Shown: positions 36,424 to 47,518, counted from the first letter of the stretch. The stretch is DNA of 64,000 bases from Bacteriovoracaceae bacterium (GCA_965217035.1 OZ244226.1:1222146-1286145), one strand, 5' to 3'. The notes: a model not told the origin generated them from the sequence alone. Program-made: numbers and translations.

Positions 36424-38337
36424 TTACTTGCTTCTTGGATAGAAGTTAATTGGTTGCTTAACTTCAACAGTTCCCCCACCTAGAGGCTTAGGGAATTGAA
36501 TACCACGAAGAACATTAACAACACATCTCTTAACTGGTGATGGAAGTCTCGAAGCTCCCTGAACACCTGCACGAGAAACTGATCCAGAGGCTCCGATAGT
36601 AAAAACCATCTTCACAACACCTTGAGTTCTTGAATTATTTTTATCAAGTTCTTTTTGGTAACAAAATCTAAATTGCGGAATATGATCTCTTAAAATTTTT
36701 CTAATAATATCAGGATCCATTGAGCCAACAATAACAGTTTCTGACGGAATACCTGCTGTATAAAAAGTTTTTGTTCCTGTTAAACCTTCAGCTCCACTTG
36801 AGAAAGTCTGAACACCATCTCTTGATCCTGTTGGACTTCCTAATTTATCAGAAACTGTTGCGCTAGAAACACCGCCTCCACCAGCAACACTCGCAGAAGT
36901 TGCAGCACTCACTGAACCTGCATTATTTCCTTGAGTTTTAATTCCTTTAAACTCACCACCCTTAGCTAAGATAGAGCTAATAGTCGATTTAAAATTATTG
37001 TTTCTATAAACATCAACTGTTCCACGTTTTTTTGGAGTTGGAGACTTTGTTGTTGTTTTCGTTCTTTTCTTTCCAACGCTTTTTGACGTCTTCTTAGGAG
37101 CGGGTCTAGACTTCGCCTTTGGTTTTGGCGGAGCTGGAGTTGGCTTTTTAGTTACCTTTTTTGGAGGAGTTCCTTTCTTAACCGGTTTCTTAGGTGTCTT
37201 GATCTTAGGCCCTGGTTTTGGCTTAGTTACTTTCTTAACTGGTTTTGGCTTAAGAGCTGCCTTCTCAACAGCCTTTGGCTGAGGTTTTGGTTTTGTTTTG
37301 ACAACTTTTTGAAACTTTCGTCTATTATAAAGAATTTTTGCAATTCTCTCAGGTGCTTTTTCTTTTTCAATTTTTTCTTTATCAATTTCCAGATTAAAGA
37401 TGAAATACATTGGAATCGTTACAAGAAGAAAAGCAAGAAATATCATTGAAAGCAATGATTTATCTCTCGGAAGCAATGGAGGAGCAGCCACGTGAGGAGG
37501 CGAATCAACATTTCTTACAACAATTGAAAGATCACCCTTCTGAAAACTAACCACATCATTTCTTTCAAGATGAATCGTTGAACCTTCTAACTTGTCTGAA
37601 TTATCTGAAAATAATTGAATACTATAATCTTGAAGTTTATTGATAAAGAAGGACCCTCCACGACATTCTACAAAATCTGTCGTATCTTTCTCTCCAAGAT
37701 AAGGATAACGAATATCATTCGCCCCTCGCTCAACTCCTGCTAATCGATACATTCCTTCTCTGCTTGGAATATAATCGACAGAAAAAATTCTTTTCTTATG
37801 AATAATAATGACTTCAACTGCATATTGGTCAAGATCATACTTAAAGATTGGATAGATATTATCATTATCTTCAAAAATATATTCGCTTGATTCAAAATTA
37901 AAATCTTGGTCAAAAGGATAAATAAGGTGAGGAGCCTTTACAGATTCTTCAGTAATAACCGATTTAGTTTTACTATGAACAGATCCTTTTGGAACTTCAC
38001 TTGTTGGAACAGTTGGCAATTTAAAACTTCTATCAAATTTATCGAAATCTAAAACCGCTTGACCAATCTTTACAGTGTCACCTTCTTTTAACTCAGCAAC
38101 TGGAACCTTATCCCCATTAACAAGAACTGTGCTCTCTGCATTGAGACTATAAATCTTAGTTCCGTTTGGAGTCACTTCTAAGACTGCATGAATTGGATTA
38201 ACTGATGGATGGCTAATTTGAATACCACAGGTATCAATCGAACCAATAAGATAACGTCCAAAAGCTAACGGTTTAGAGTTAACTCTAATGTCTTTCGACT
38301 GGCCTTTAAATTGATAGAGGTCTATCTGTTCATTCAT
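36424..38337 (-). CDS. gltG: GltG/AgmX/PglI-like protein (FHA-like domain, TM, Pro/Lys linker, TonB-C-like domain)
   Basis: N-terminal FHA-like fold, TM, KP-rich linker, C-terminal HIPQFRFCYQKEL...FTIGASGSV...CVVNVLRGIQFPKPLGGG. Confidence 0.85.
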   Translation of the reverse strand: MNEQIDLYQFKGQSKDIRVNSKPLAFGRYLIGSIDTCGIQISHPSVNPIHAVLEVTPNGTKIYSLNAESTVLVNGDKVPVAELKEGDTVKIGQAVLDFDKFDRSFKLPTVPTSEVPKGSVHSKTKSVITEESVKAPHLIYPFDQDFNFESSEYIFEDNDNIYPIFKYDLDQYAVEVIIIHKKRIFSVDYIPSREGMYRLAGVERGANDIRYPYLGEKDTTDFVECRGGSFFINKLQDYSIQLFSDNSDKLEGSTIHLERNDVVSFQKGDLSIVVRNVDSPPHVAAPPLLPRDKSLLSMIFLAFLLVTIPMYFIFNLEIDKEKIEKEKAPERIAKILYNRRKFQKVVKTKPKPQPKAVEKAALKPKPVKKVTKPKPGPKIKTPKKPVKKGTPPKKVTKKPTPAPPKPKAKSRPAPKKTSKSVGKKRTKTTTKSPTPKKRGTVDVYRNNNFKSTISSILAKGGEFKGIKTQGNNAGSVSAATSASVAGGGGVSSATVSDKLGSPTGSRDGVQTFSSGAEGLTGTKTFYTAGIPSETVIVGSMDPDIIRKILRDHIPQFRFCYQKELDKNNSRTQGVVKMVFTIGASGSVSRAGVQGASRLPSPVKRCVVNVLRGIQFPKPLGGGTVEVKQPINFYPRSK

Positions 38338-38355
38338 TAATTACAACACAATCCT

Positions 38356-38613
38356 TTACTGTATCATATCAAGTGAGTCTAAGGTCTCGGTATTAAAAGA
38401 CTTTTTTTCCGGTAGCTTATTTTTGAATTTGACTCTAAATCTCGGGTTTACAGAAATATCTCCTGGAGAAGTTGTATCACCCTCTACAGAAATGTTTTCA
38501 AAATCAAAACTCTCGAACTTTTTATATTTATAAATAACTTTTCTTTTCTTTTTACTTCTTTTTTGAGCAAATGAGTTTGGAATTAAAAGACATAATAGTA
38601 TTAAAAACTTCAT
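38356..38613 (-). CDS. gltF: GltF/CglF-like small periplasmic protein
   Basis: Signal peptide, KVIYK....FDF...VEGD...P motif; located between gltE and gltG. Confidence 0.7.
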   Translation of the reverse strand: MKFLILLCLLIPNSFAQKRSKKKRKVIYKYKKFESFDFENISVEGDTTSPGDISVNPRFRVKFKNKLPEKKSFNTETLDSLDMIQ

Positions 38614-39458
38614 TAATTCAAACCTCTCTTAAGATCATAATAAAGCGGATAGTTCGCATTGTTTGAACCAATCGCTAAACTTCCAAGAACTTTCTTCGCT
38701 CTTGCTCTTTTCCCAGTACTTTTTAATGAATGAGCAAAATAGAGTTTCACTAATTCATTTGATGTCTCTTCTTGATAGAGTGATTCCAAAATATTGATGG
38801 CTTTACTGTGCTGTCCCGCTAGCGAATGAGCGACTCCCATTAAAGGAGCAAGACGTTCTCGATAAAATTGAGAGTCGTTAATTTTTATAAAATGCTTTAA
38901 AGCTTTGGAACCATGGCCATAGGCAAGATAAAGACGACCAATATTATAGTTAATAACCTGTGACTTCGGACTTCTTTTTAATGCTGACTTAAAAGCTAAT
39001 AAAGCGGCTTCCCACTCTGAGTTCTTAATCAAAAGCAGTCCAAGATTATTAAGAGCCGGCGCATACTTTGTATTCGCCTCTAGCGCTCTATTGAAATAAA
39101 GTTTTGCTTTATAAAAGTCGCTATTCAGATAATAACAAATACCGATCGCATTCCAATAAGTTGGCCACTTTTTATAGCGTCCATAAATTCTCGAAGCGGC
39201 TTCAAGCCCATCGGAAAAATTTCTATCTCTACAATTAGTAGTAATGTCGATAATATCATCTGAATTTAAAGGTTCATCTTCAAGCCCATCAGTTGTTTCT
39301 TTGAAAAAACCTGATCTTTCAGAAATAATTTTTTCAAAATCACCTTTATAAGGCAACTCTTTAGTCACTTTAAAATCCTCACTAAGTGAAGATGATTTTT
39401 CATTACTAGCGCATGACCCAAATAAGGCAATTAAGAGTATACAAACTAATTGTTTCAT
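38613..39458 (-). CDS. gltE: TPR lipoprotein (GltE/AglT-like)
   Basis: Lipobox FGSC; TPRs (ALNNLGLL, NYNIGRLYL); synteny. Confidence 0.72.
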   Translation of the reverse strand: MKQLVCILLIALFGSCASNEKSSSLSEDFKVTKELPYKGDFEKIISERSGFFKETTDGLEDEPLNSDDIIDITTNCRDRNFSDGLEAASRIYGRYKKWPTYWNAIGICYYLNSDFYKAKLYFNRALEANTKYAPALNNLGLLLIKNSEWEAALLAFKSALKRSPKSQVINYNIGRLYLAYGHGSKALKHFIKINDSQFYRERLAPLMGVAHSLAGQHSKAINILESLYQEETSNELVKLYFAHSLKSTGKRARAKKVLGSLAIGSNNANYPLYYDLKRGLN

Positions 39459-42307
39459 CTTCCTAACCTCTCATAGTCATAAAACTTAAGTGAATCTTTA
39501 ACATTGTAACTGAAGTTTCTATAACGACTTTCATATTCAGTTAATATTTCGTTTTTACTTATTGCTCTCTGTGCTTGCTTCTCAAAATCTCTAGCTTTTT
39601 TGAATAAAGGAGAAGTTAGCTGTCTCATCGATTTCTTAAAACTTTTTATGTATTGAGGACTTTTACCTTTTGGCTCAAAACTATTTATCTCTTCGGCAAC
39701 CTTTAAATAAGAAGAAACAAGGATTTCGAAGGCTGTGACAATCCCTCTACCTGATCCAATTTTTTGAATTTTGAGAGCTTCTGCCGTAAGAGCATTAAGT
39801 TTTTGAAGCTTACCTTGCAATCTTGAATTAAAAACCTTTTCAGGGAAAGAGAGCTGAATATTATCAACCTGATTATCTAGTCGTTGAATTGAGCCCATAT
39901 TAAAATTCGCGATTGCATCGAGAACAATAACAGGAACTTTCTTATTTTGTCTTTGACTCGACTTGTAATAATTTTGAATATTTCTTTGCCATTCTTTTAA
40001 CTTATAAAAGACTTTTTTATCATTATAGTAGTTATAAATAAGCGTTGAATACATTGCTAACTCAGGATGTAATTCCTTATTTCCACTTATTGAACCGATA
40101 TAAAGTCCCAAGCTCTCATACTTTTGATCATAGAGATAAAGTCCTAAAACTTCTTTATCGAGTAGAACAAGTGAACTCGTAGGAAGCCCGCAAATTTTCA
40201 CAAGCCTTCTTAAAGATTTGATTTTATTCACATTTCCAAAAGCTCTATAGTTAATAACAGCGTTATTAAAAAACTGTTGTTTCAACTTCGTCTTAGACTT
40301 ACAAATCTTTCCTAAACTTCTATGAGATAAATCAGCGGAAGCAGTAAATTGCATTCTCTCGAAGAGATACTTACTAACCGAAAGAAAAGAAGATCGATAA
40401 GCATAAAAGTCTTTATCAGTCATTAGTTTAGAAGCTTTTAAACCCCAATTATAAGTTTCTTGAAGTTTTAGCCCTTTTAAAGAAATTGCCATAAGATTAT
40501 AAGCAGCATTTGCCTTAGCCTTTGCAGTGGATTTCTTATTAGAATAAATTTTTAAATATCCTTCAATCGCTTTACTATAATTTCCTTTTGCTAAGCTTTG
40601 TTCAACTCTTTTAATTTCAATTTTTTGATATACAGAGAAGAGATTTTTCCTCGCCTTAGAAGAAATCTTATATTTTCCACCAGAGAGTTCGGACATCAGA
40701 AGAGCTAATTGCCCTGCTTGTTTCTTTTGATTATAAAGCTCGATCAAAGAGTTGATCATTTTCTCTTGGTTTTTAATATCTTTCGGATAAAGATTAGCAT
40801 ACTTAGAAAGAAGTTTTTTCATCTCTACAGTATTCTTTTTTTCATACTGGTTTCGATAAAGACGTTTGTATATTTCTTTTGCTTTTGTTGATCGAGAATC
40901 GTAAGCGAGATAACTATTAAAAACAGGATAAATATATTTATCCCTATTTCTAAATTTTGACTTTGGTTGCCCTATTGCCGAAAGCATTCCTTCCATGGAC
41001 AATTTCATAATTTTCTTATCACCGCGCTTGCTCGCCTCTTTAAAAGCTGCTTGATAACTATCAATCGCCTTATCAAAGAAATCTCCTTGATAGTACGTCT
41101 CAGCCATATAGAAATTTGTATCATCTTTCTTTTGAGGTTCTAAATCTTTTAAGAGAGCTAAATAGCTTACAACGTTTTTAATTTTTCTTTTCGTAACAGC
41201 TTTCGACTTTTTATAAGTAGGGCTTGCAATTTGATTTTGCAATTTCCCTACTTGTCTTTTTAATTGATATTTAAAAATTTCAAATTGATCTTTTGTTAGT
41301 TGATAGTTTTTTGTTAAACGATAAAGAGCAATACAGTCTTTTAGGTGATAATTGGATTTTTCATACTTATCAAAAAGTTGAATTCGCGCTAAAAGAATCT
41401 TGACTTTATTTTTATCTGTTTTACTAATTTTTAAAGCTTCTGTTAAAACAGAAAGAGCCTGTGCGTATTTCCCTTGTTCTTTTAAGAAAGTCGCAATCGT
41501 AATTAGCTCGAGAGTATAATCTTTGTTATATTTTTTATAATGAGTCACACCTTCTTTAATCTTCCCAGATTCAGCATAAAAAAGCCCAATATCTTTTTCA
41601 ACTTGCCCACTCATATCAATGTATTGAGATTTTTGACTAAGATCTTCTACTTTTTTCATTAACTCAATCGCACGTTCATAATTTCGAATTCGAAAATGTG
41701 ACCATGAAAGATTATAAGCATCCTTTGTCCACCAACGATCTTTAAGAATTTGAAGATTCTTTTCATAATAATTAATGGCTTTACGATACTTCTTTTGATT
41801 ATAGTAAATTTCAGCTAGCGCATTTTGCGCTCTAATCTTAGACTTAGATCCTGGAGCTGCGTACCTCTCAGCTTTTAAAAGAAACTCGAGAGCTTTCTTA
41901 TTGGAGCCAAATTCCTTTTCGTTGAATCCAAGAATATAATAAACATCTGAAGAGCGATCATAACCAGGAAAACTTTTTAATAGCTTCTGAGCAACTGAAC
42001 GGGCCCTCAAAAACAATGAATAAGATTCTTTGAAATAATTTTTCTTCTTTAATTTTCTCCTTCTCTTAACTGGAATATCGAGATATCTTTCATTTTCAAT
42101 TTCTTTTATAATTCGACCTTTCTCGAGAAACAATTCAGACTTTCTAAAAAGAACACTTGGATTCTTTTGCTTATATTGCCGAGAGAGACGGTTAACTTCT
42201 TTTATCTCTTCATTGATAATTTTAATAATTTTTTGTCTCTTTTCCGAAGCTGTTTGAGAAAAAGCAGATAACGAAAAAAACAAAATTAAAAGGAGGTTAC
42301 TTTTCAC
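39455..42307 (-). CDS. gltD: Large TPR protein (GltD/AgmU-like)
   Basis: Signal peptide from GTG 42307, extensive TPR/helical repeats; synteny. Confidence 0.72.
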   Translation of the reverse strand: MKSNLLLILFFSLSAFSQTASEKRQKIIKIINEEIKEVNRLSRQYKQKNPSVLFRKSELFLEKGRIIKEIENERYLDIPVKRRRKLKKKNYFKESYSLFLRARSVAQKLLKSFPGYDRSSDVYYILGFNEKEFGSNKKALEFLLKAERYAAPGSKSKIRAQNALAEIYYNQKKYRKAINYYEKNLQILKDRWWTKDAYNLSWSHFRIRNYERAIELMKKVEDLSQKSQYIDMSGQVEKDIGLFYAESGKIKEGVTHYKKYNKDYTLELITIATFLKEQGKYAQALSVLTEALKISKTDKNKVKILLARIQLFDKYEKSNYHLKDCIALYRLTKNYQLTKDQFEIFKYQLKRQVGKLQNQIASPTYKKSKAVTKRKIKNVVSYLALLKDLEPQKKDDTNFYMAETYYQGDFFDKAIDSYQAAFKEASKRGDKKIMKLSMEGMLSAIGQPKSKFRNRDKYIYPVFNSYLAYDSRSTKAKEIYKRLYRNQYEKKNTVEMKKLLSKYANLYPKDIKNQEKMINSLIELYNQKKQAGQLALLMSELSGGKYKISSKARKNLFSVYQKIEIKRVEQSLAKGNYSKAIEGYLKIYSNKKSTAKAKANAAYNLMAISLKGLKLQETYNWGLKASKLMTDKDFYAYRSSFLSVSKYLFERMQFTASADLSHRSLGKICKSKTKLKQQFFNNAVINYRAFGNVNKIKSLRRLVKICGLPTSSLVLLDKEVLGLYLYDQKYESLGLYIGSISGNKELHPELAMYSTLIYNYYNDKKVFYKLKEWQRNIQNYYKSSQRQNKKVPVIVLDAIANFNMGSIQRLDNQVDNIQLSFPEKVFNSRLQGKLQKLNALTAEALKIQKIGSGRGIVTAFEILVSSYLKVAEEINSFEPKGKSPQYIKSFKKSMRQLTSPLFKKARDFEKQAQRAISKNEILTEYESRYRNFSYNVKDSLKFYDYERLGR

Positions 42308-43697
42308 GAGGACACTCCGATGGCAATGTGAAGACATAGTCTCCTAATTCATCTGACCAGAACTCTGTATTGAAATCCCAAAAATATTGTTTGTCATTCT
42401 TATCAAGGTAGCGAACATCTCCTCGCTTACCAGTGAGCTTCTTATCAAAATAAAGAGACTCTTTTCTTCTTCCTAGAACTTCAAGTTTCATATAACTCAT
42501 AGCCTGAAAAGCTTTTCTTAAATCGAAGGCATGCTTTTGAAGCTTCGCCTTCGTAGCAATACCAATAACTTTTTTCTGAGTAACAATAAAATCGTTAATA
42601 TTGCTTAATAATGATTTCTTTATGATTCCACTTCTTATTTTATAAATTCGATTTCTCTCTTTCTCAGCATTTTTTACATTGCTTATAAAAGCTTTGATAT
42701 TCGGTGACTTATAAATACCTTTTAAAACATTTCTGAGTTCTTGATCTTTCATACTCCGATAAGCGTCTACAAGATTATAGTAATAGATTTTACCTTTCTG
42801 GTTTCTTTGAAGAATTCTTTCAAGTTTTCCGGCAAAACGTTCAAATCGACTATAAAATTTTTCAACAACATTACCGACATCAGGATAAAGACAAAGCTTA
42901 AGATAACTCATCGCTCTTAAGACGTAGATCTCTGGATTTGCGAAGTATTGAAGCAGAGGAGCATTGTACGTAACAAGTTTTCCAAGGGTTCTATTGTAAT
43001 TTCCAGCATAATAGCTACTCCAAGCTTCTTCGATTAAAATCGTTGGCCATACAATTGATCCCTTATCAAGGTCAAGATATAGAAAATCCGCTTGATCAAG
43101 CTTTCTTTGTGCATAGTACACTCTAGCTTTACCAGCAATACAGATATCTCTGTTTACTTTATATTGCTTAAAAATATAGTTTCCTTTATGCTTTTTATTC
43201 ATTTCTTTTTTAGAAATACTGATACATGTTTTAAAATATTCGAGAGAGCGTGAATATTTCTTTTCAAGATAATTAATAACAGCTAGATAATTAAGAGCGA
43301 AAGGATAAAATGTACTATTTGCGTTAATTCTCCTAAGTTCACTCTTTGCATCTTGATATTCTCCAAGAGCAAAAAGTTTTTTAGCAGTAATATATCGAAA
43401 GACAGATCCTCGACCTCTTCTTAAAACTTTGAGATTCAAACCTTGAAAATTTTTAGCACCAACTTTTAATACTGCTCTGTTTATATACCTTGTCATTTGG
43501 TTTGGGATAATACCATTAGAGATATAAAGGTATTCTTTCAACCAAGCAATGGCTGAATAATCAAAACCTTTGTCGTAGGCATAAACTATATTTTTTCGAT
43601 AAATTTCCAGAACTCTTTCTCGAGAAAGTTTCTTTCGAGCATGAAGGCTCGTTGAGAATGAGCAAAGAATTAAAAAACTTCCTATTATTCTGAACAT
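42297..43697 (-). CDS. gltC: GltC-like TPR protein
   Basis: EEAWS.Y.......LGKL.T...P......PE..VLRA..YL.LC, C-terminal FWDFNTEFWSDELGDY...L.SEC. Confidence 0.8.
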   Translation of the reverse strand: MFRIIGSFLILCSFSTSLHARKKLSRERVLEIYRKNIVYAYDKGFDYSAIAWLKEYLYISNGIIPNQMTRYINRAVLKVGAKNFQGLNLKVLRRGRGSVFRYITAKKLFALGEYQDAKSELRRINANSTFYPFALNYLAVINYLEKKYSRSLEYFKTCISISKKEMNKKHKGNYIFKQYKVNRDICIAGKARVYYAQRKLDQADFLYLDLDKGSIVWPTILIEEAWSSYYAGNYNRTLGKLVTYNAPLLQYFANPEIYVLRAMSYLKLCLYPDVGNVVEKFYSRFERFAGKLERILQRNQKGKIYYYNLVDAYRSMKDQELRNVLKGIYKSPNIKAFISNVKNAEKERNRIYKIRSGIIKKSLLSNINDFIVTQKKVIGIATKAKLQKHAFDLRKAFQAMSYMKLEVLGRRKESLYFDKKLTGKRGDVRYLDKNDKQYFWDFNTEFWSDELGDYVFTLPSECPREK

Positions 43698-43718
43698 CCG
43701 TGTTCTTCCTATTTCTTC

Positions 43719-44453
43719 CTAAAACATAAAATTGAGACCGACGCTCATATTATAATTGTGAAACCAAATATCATTCGTTTCAGGATCAACTCCAACAGCA
43801 CCAGAGGTATATCTCTCTGCTTGAAAGTGAAAACCTGTAAATTCAAAACGAACGCTTAACATCTTACTGAGATACCAATAAAGCCCCGTCGACCATGTTA
43901 ATCCCGCAGAGCTATCAGTTTCAAGAATTTGTTCTCCATCTCCGATTTGCGTTCCAGTCAGTGTAAACGTTCTACCATTGTGTTCTGTCGAAATATTTGC
44001 AAGTCCTACACTTAGGAACCAATCAAGATAGTAGATATAATTAAATGTATTAAATTTTCCATAAAATGGACTCCATACAAAACTTGCCGCTGTATAACTT
44101 TTAATCGCTCGATAAAAAGCGAGAGCACTTTGTTCTCGAACTCCTTTAAAGGAATTATTCTCAGATTGTGAACCCATTCCAAGAGCTAATTCAATTCCCC
44201 AATTTTCACCAAAGAAGTAAGCTGCTTTAATTCCTCCTCCAATAGTATCAACAAACGATTCAGAAAGATTAATAGTTCCAAGCAACGAGAGATTAAAGCG
44301 ATTAACTTTTCTATACTTTCTATTCTGAAGAACATAAATTTCTTTATCATCATCCAACCACTCGAAGTCTACGGTGTTATCTTCCGCAGCAAATGAAAAA
44401 GCTGGAAACACAATAATAAAAAATACAATTAAGATCTTTTGAAATTTCCCCAT
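43719..44453 (-). CDS. Outer-membrane beta-barrel (GltA/GltB, OMP_myx_plus-like)
   Basis: IYVLQNRKYRK, WSPFYGK, C-terminal GLNFMF; start at ATG 44453 with signal peptide. Confidence 0.8.
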   Translation of the reverse strand: MGKFQKILIVFFIIVFPAFSFAAEDNTVDFEWLDDDKEIYVLQNRKYRKVNRFNLSLLGTINLSESFVDTIGGGIKAAYFFGENWGIELALGMGSQSENNSFKGVREQSALAFYRAIKSYTAASFVWSPFYGKFNTFNYIYYLDWFLSVGLANISTEHNGRTFTLTGTQIGDGEQILETDSSAGLTWSTGLYWYLSKMLSVRFEFTGFHFQAERYTSGAVGVDPETNDIWFHNYNMSVGLNFMF

Positions 44454-44521
44454 AACACGATCCGTTTTCTTTAATTTTGATATGTTAGCCTTTTTTAATC
44501 TTAACACAGACCGAAAACTGA

Positions 44522-47518
44522 TCAAGAATCATGTGTAACTGATAAAAGTTCTTTTCTCGGCTTTAAATTCATACAAGGACAATCACTGGAATGATCTGGA
44601 TAAATTTTTTCATAATGAAAGGAGCGACTAATAAGTTCTTTTATTTCTGACTCAAGTTCTCGGTAACTCGAAAAGTTCGATTCAACCGTCTTTTCCTCAT
44701 CTAGATAAATAATTTTTGAAATTATTTGATTATACTTTTTATCATTTACTTGCATCCAGCCATACAAATAAAGAGCTATTTGAACCTGATAAATTTTATC
44801 TTTTTCAAGTGAATGAGCGCCTGTTTTAAAGTCCCAGACTTCCACTTTTTGCCCATCAACCACAACAAGGTCAGGGGTTCCACTAATCATTCGTCCTTCG
44901 ACCTGAAACTTTATTTCTTGTTCTGAAATAAAGTTATGATCAGTATAAGATTTCAAAATTTCTATTAAGTAAGAGAACTCATTTTTTTTCAATTCCTTTC
45001 CTTCCAAAAAATATTCAGAAATCTTTTTATGGATAGCACTTCCCCTTTCTGCAGAAGAGTAAATTTCTGAATCTGACTTCATATCCGGGAAGATTATCTT
45101 TTCATCAAGTCCTAAGACTTCTTTTAAATAAAACCGGTAAGGACAAATCTTGAGTAAAGAAAGGCGAGCAACTGAAATTTCAGGTAAAACCCCCAGAAGA
45201 TAAGTATTTGGATTATAAACGATTTGAAAATCTAATTCATGGAAAAGTTCACTTCCACTGATTGACTTTATTTTATCTATGATAATTTTTTCTACTTTAT
45301 AGCAAGAAATTGAGTCGATCTGTTTTAAGAGATAGGCTCCCCATGCCTTATTAGACACTTCATCAGAGCGATCAGGAACAATAATAAAGCTTAGGGACTT
45401 TACAGCCCGAGTGCAAGCGACATAAAAAAGTCTTAAGGATTCTTTCTCTTTTTTTAACAACCCCTCTTGTCTTTCTAACATGAATAACGGAGTCAAAAAT
45501 CTCTTTGTATCCTTAATGTATGAAAAAGATTGAGGAGTATCCCCAAGGACAAGCTTATCACTTCTTCCTCTACTATTAGTTAATACATTTGCGACAATGA
45601 CATCTTCAAACTCAAGTCCCTTTGAAGAGTGAGCTGTCATTAAATGAATTTTAGCTTTAGATGTGCTATTAGAAACATCAATAAGAACTCTTTCATCTTC
45701 ACCATCTCTTAGCGCATAAAGAATTTTACGAAGAGAGCCATCAAAGTATCTTTCTAATTGGTTAAGCTCTGAAAACAGAGCATCCCCATGGCCATAGAGT
45801 AAACCGATACGAGAACAAAAACGAGACCAAGCAATACTTAAACCCAAGAGGTCTATCACGCCATGAAAATCCTTAACGGCCTCTTTTAAACCTTCAGTAT
45901 CAACTGAAAGATATTCGAGATAACCTTTGATAAAAAACAAGGCATTATTCGGGGTTTGCTTTTCAACAATAGAATACAAAAGATGTTTGAGAATAGAGAG
46001 AATAGGATCCTTTGATTTTTCAATTTTCAAAGAACAATTATAACTAAGTCTATCATCCATTAACCGCTTAATTAAAGATTGTGAAGGAGCCAAGAAGCGA
46101 TATAAAAGAGCAATTTCTTCACGGCCAGAGTCAAGTTTATGTTTCAAAACATTAAAAAGTCCCTCTGTTTCGACATCTTTAAGATCTCGATCTTCTAATT
46201 CAGAGAAAGCTTCATAAATAATAACCTCTCCTTCGTCTAAGTTCTGAGGATTCTGAAATAATTCATCTGGAAACTCTTCTTTAAATAATTGATTATTAAA
46301 ATTCACAACATTAGAAAGTGAACGATAGTTATCGATCATTTTAAGATTGTTTGATGTAACACTCGCAAGAGATTCAAAGACAGAAACTTCACCTCCTCGA
46401 AATCCATAGATAGCTTGTTTTTTATCTCCAACGACAAACAATTTAGAAAAGTCTTCATACACTAAGCTTTTAAAAATTTGAAACTGATTATCAGAAACAT
46501 CTTGAAACTCATCAATGATTATTTCTGTAATTTGAACTTCAAGCCTAGGTTTTTCTTTAAGCATTAAGTATTCAATATCAGAAAACGAAATCTTACCTTC
46601 AACAAAGTAATTTTTATTAATTTCAATGAAAAGATCCCTCAAAATAAATGATTGCTTCTTTATCTCTCCTTCAAAAAGATTAAGTGATTCAGTAAAGTCC
46701 TTTAAAAAGCTCTTCATTTCTTTTATTTCTTGAAAAAATTGATTAACTTCATCGGACACTAATTTTTTACTTGGTGTTGGTAGTCTTCTTATACTCGAAA
46801 ACAAATCATTAATTGACACAAACCTTTTCACCAAGTTTTCTTCAGACCAAACAGACTTAAAGCTGTAAACAAAATCGATCCACTTTAATTTCTTCTCTTC
46901 CGTAATTTCAAAGTTCAAATTAATAGGAAAAAGATTAAAAAAGTTTGTAATTAACTCTTCTCGAGAAAAATCTTGAATCTTTTCTTCCCAAGAAAGCCTT
47001 AACTTAGGATCAAAAAATATCTTTTCTAAAGAATGTTGGATATCTTTGTAACTATAAAAGTTTAAAATTTCAGGTTTATTTTCAAGATAACCCAAAATCT
47101 TTTCTCTGATTATCTGCTTGATCATGCCTTCGTCAACTATTTCAAGTGAACCGAAATCTAGTTTTTGTGAATTTTTTAATAAAGTGAAACAAAACGAATG
47201 AATAGTCCCTACAAATAGATTACTCCTTAAACTATATACTTTCCCCCAAAAACTATCTTTTAATGAAAGACTTTTAAACTTATCTTCAACTCTTTTATTG
47301 AGCTCTCTAGCTGCTTTCTTGGTGAAAGTGATCACAATGATTGAACTCAGAAAATGCTCTAAACCCTCACTTCTCTTCTCTTCTTTTCTCACTTCTAGTA
47401 AATCAATAATATGCTCAATAATAACAAATGTTTTTCCCGCACCAGCTCCTGCTGAAAGGACTGTTCCTCCTCGACTTTCAATCGCTTTTTTCTGTTCAAT
47501 ACTTATTTTTTTGGACAT
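44522..47518 (-). CDS. addA: UvrD-type helicase/nuclease (AddA-like)
   Basis: SAGAGAGKT, ITFTKKAA, IIDEFQD, VGDKKQAIYGFRG, HSSKGLEF, YVACTRA, C-terminal G.PDL..WDFKTG nuclease. Confidence 0.85.
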   Translation of the reverse strand: MSKKISIEQKKAIESRGGTVLSAGAGAGKTFVIIEHIIDLLEVRKEEKRSEGLEHFLSSIIVITFTKKAARELNKRVEDKFKSLSLKDSFWGKVYSLRSNLFVGTIHSFCFTLLKNSQKLDFGSLEIVDEGMIKQIIREKILGYLENKPEILNFYSYKDIQHSLEKIFFDPKLRLSWEEKIQDFSREELITNFFNLFPINLNFEITEEKKLKWIDFVYSFKSVWSEENLVKRFVSINDLFSSIRRLPTPSKKLVSDEVNQFFQEIKEMKSFLKDFTESLNLFEGEIKKQSFILRDLFIEINKNYFVEGKISFSDIEYLMLKEKPRLEVQITEIIIDEFQDVSDNQFQIFKSLVYEDFSKLFVVGDKKQAIYGFRGGEVSVFESLASVTSNNLKMIDNYRSLSNVVNFNNQLFKEEFPDELFQNPQNLDEGEVIIYEAFSELEDRDLKDVETEGLFNVLKHKLDSGREEIALLYRFLAPSQSLIKRLMDDRLSYNCSLKIEKSKDPILSILKHLLYSIVEKQTPNNALFFIKGYLEYLSVDTEGLKEAVKDFHGVIDLLGLSIAWSRFCSRIGLLYGHGDALFSELNQLERYFDGSLRKILYALRDGEDERVLIDVSNSTSKAKIHLMTAHSSKGLEFEDVIVANVLTNSRGRSDKLVLGDTPQSFSYIKDTKRFLTPLFMLERQEGLLKKEKESLRLFYVACTRAVKSLSFIIVPDRSDEVSNKAWGAYLLKQIDSISCYKVEKIIIDKIKSISGSELFHELDFQIVYNPNTYLLGVLPEISVARLSLLKICPYRFYLKEVLGLDEKIIFPDMKSDSEIYSSAERGSAIHKKISEYFLEGKELKKNEFSYLIEILKSYTDHNFISEQEIKFQVEGRMISGTPDLVVVDGQKVEVWDFKTGAHSLEKDKIYQVQIALYLYGWMQVNDKKYNQIISKIIYLDEEKTVESNFSSYRELESEIKELISRSFHYEKIYPDHSSDCPCMNLKPRKELLSVTHDS

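Noticed and set aside
36950..37320. Repetitive-looking sequence suggestive of tandem repeats or CRISPR
   Set aside because: It is the Pro/Lys-rich low-complexity linker of GltG, with no fixed repeat-spacer periodicity.
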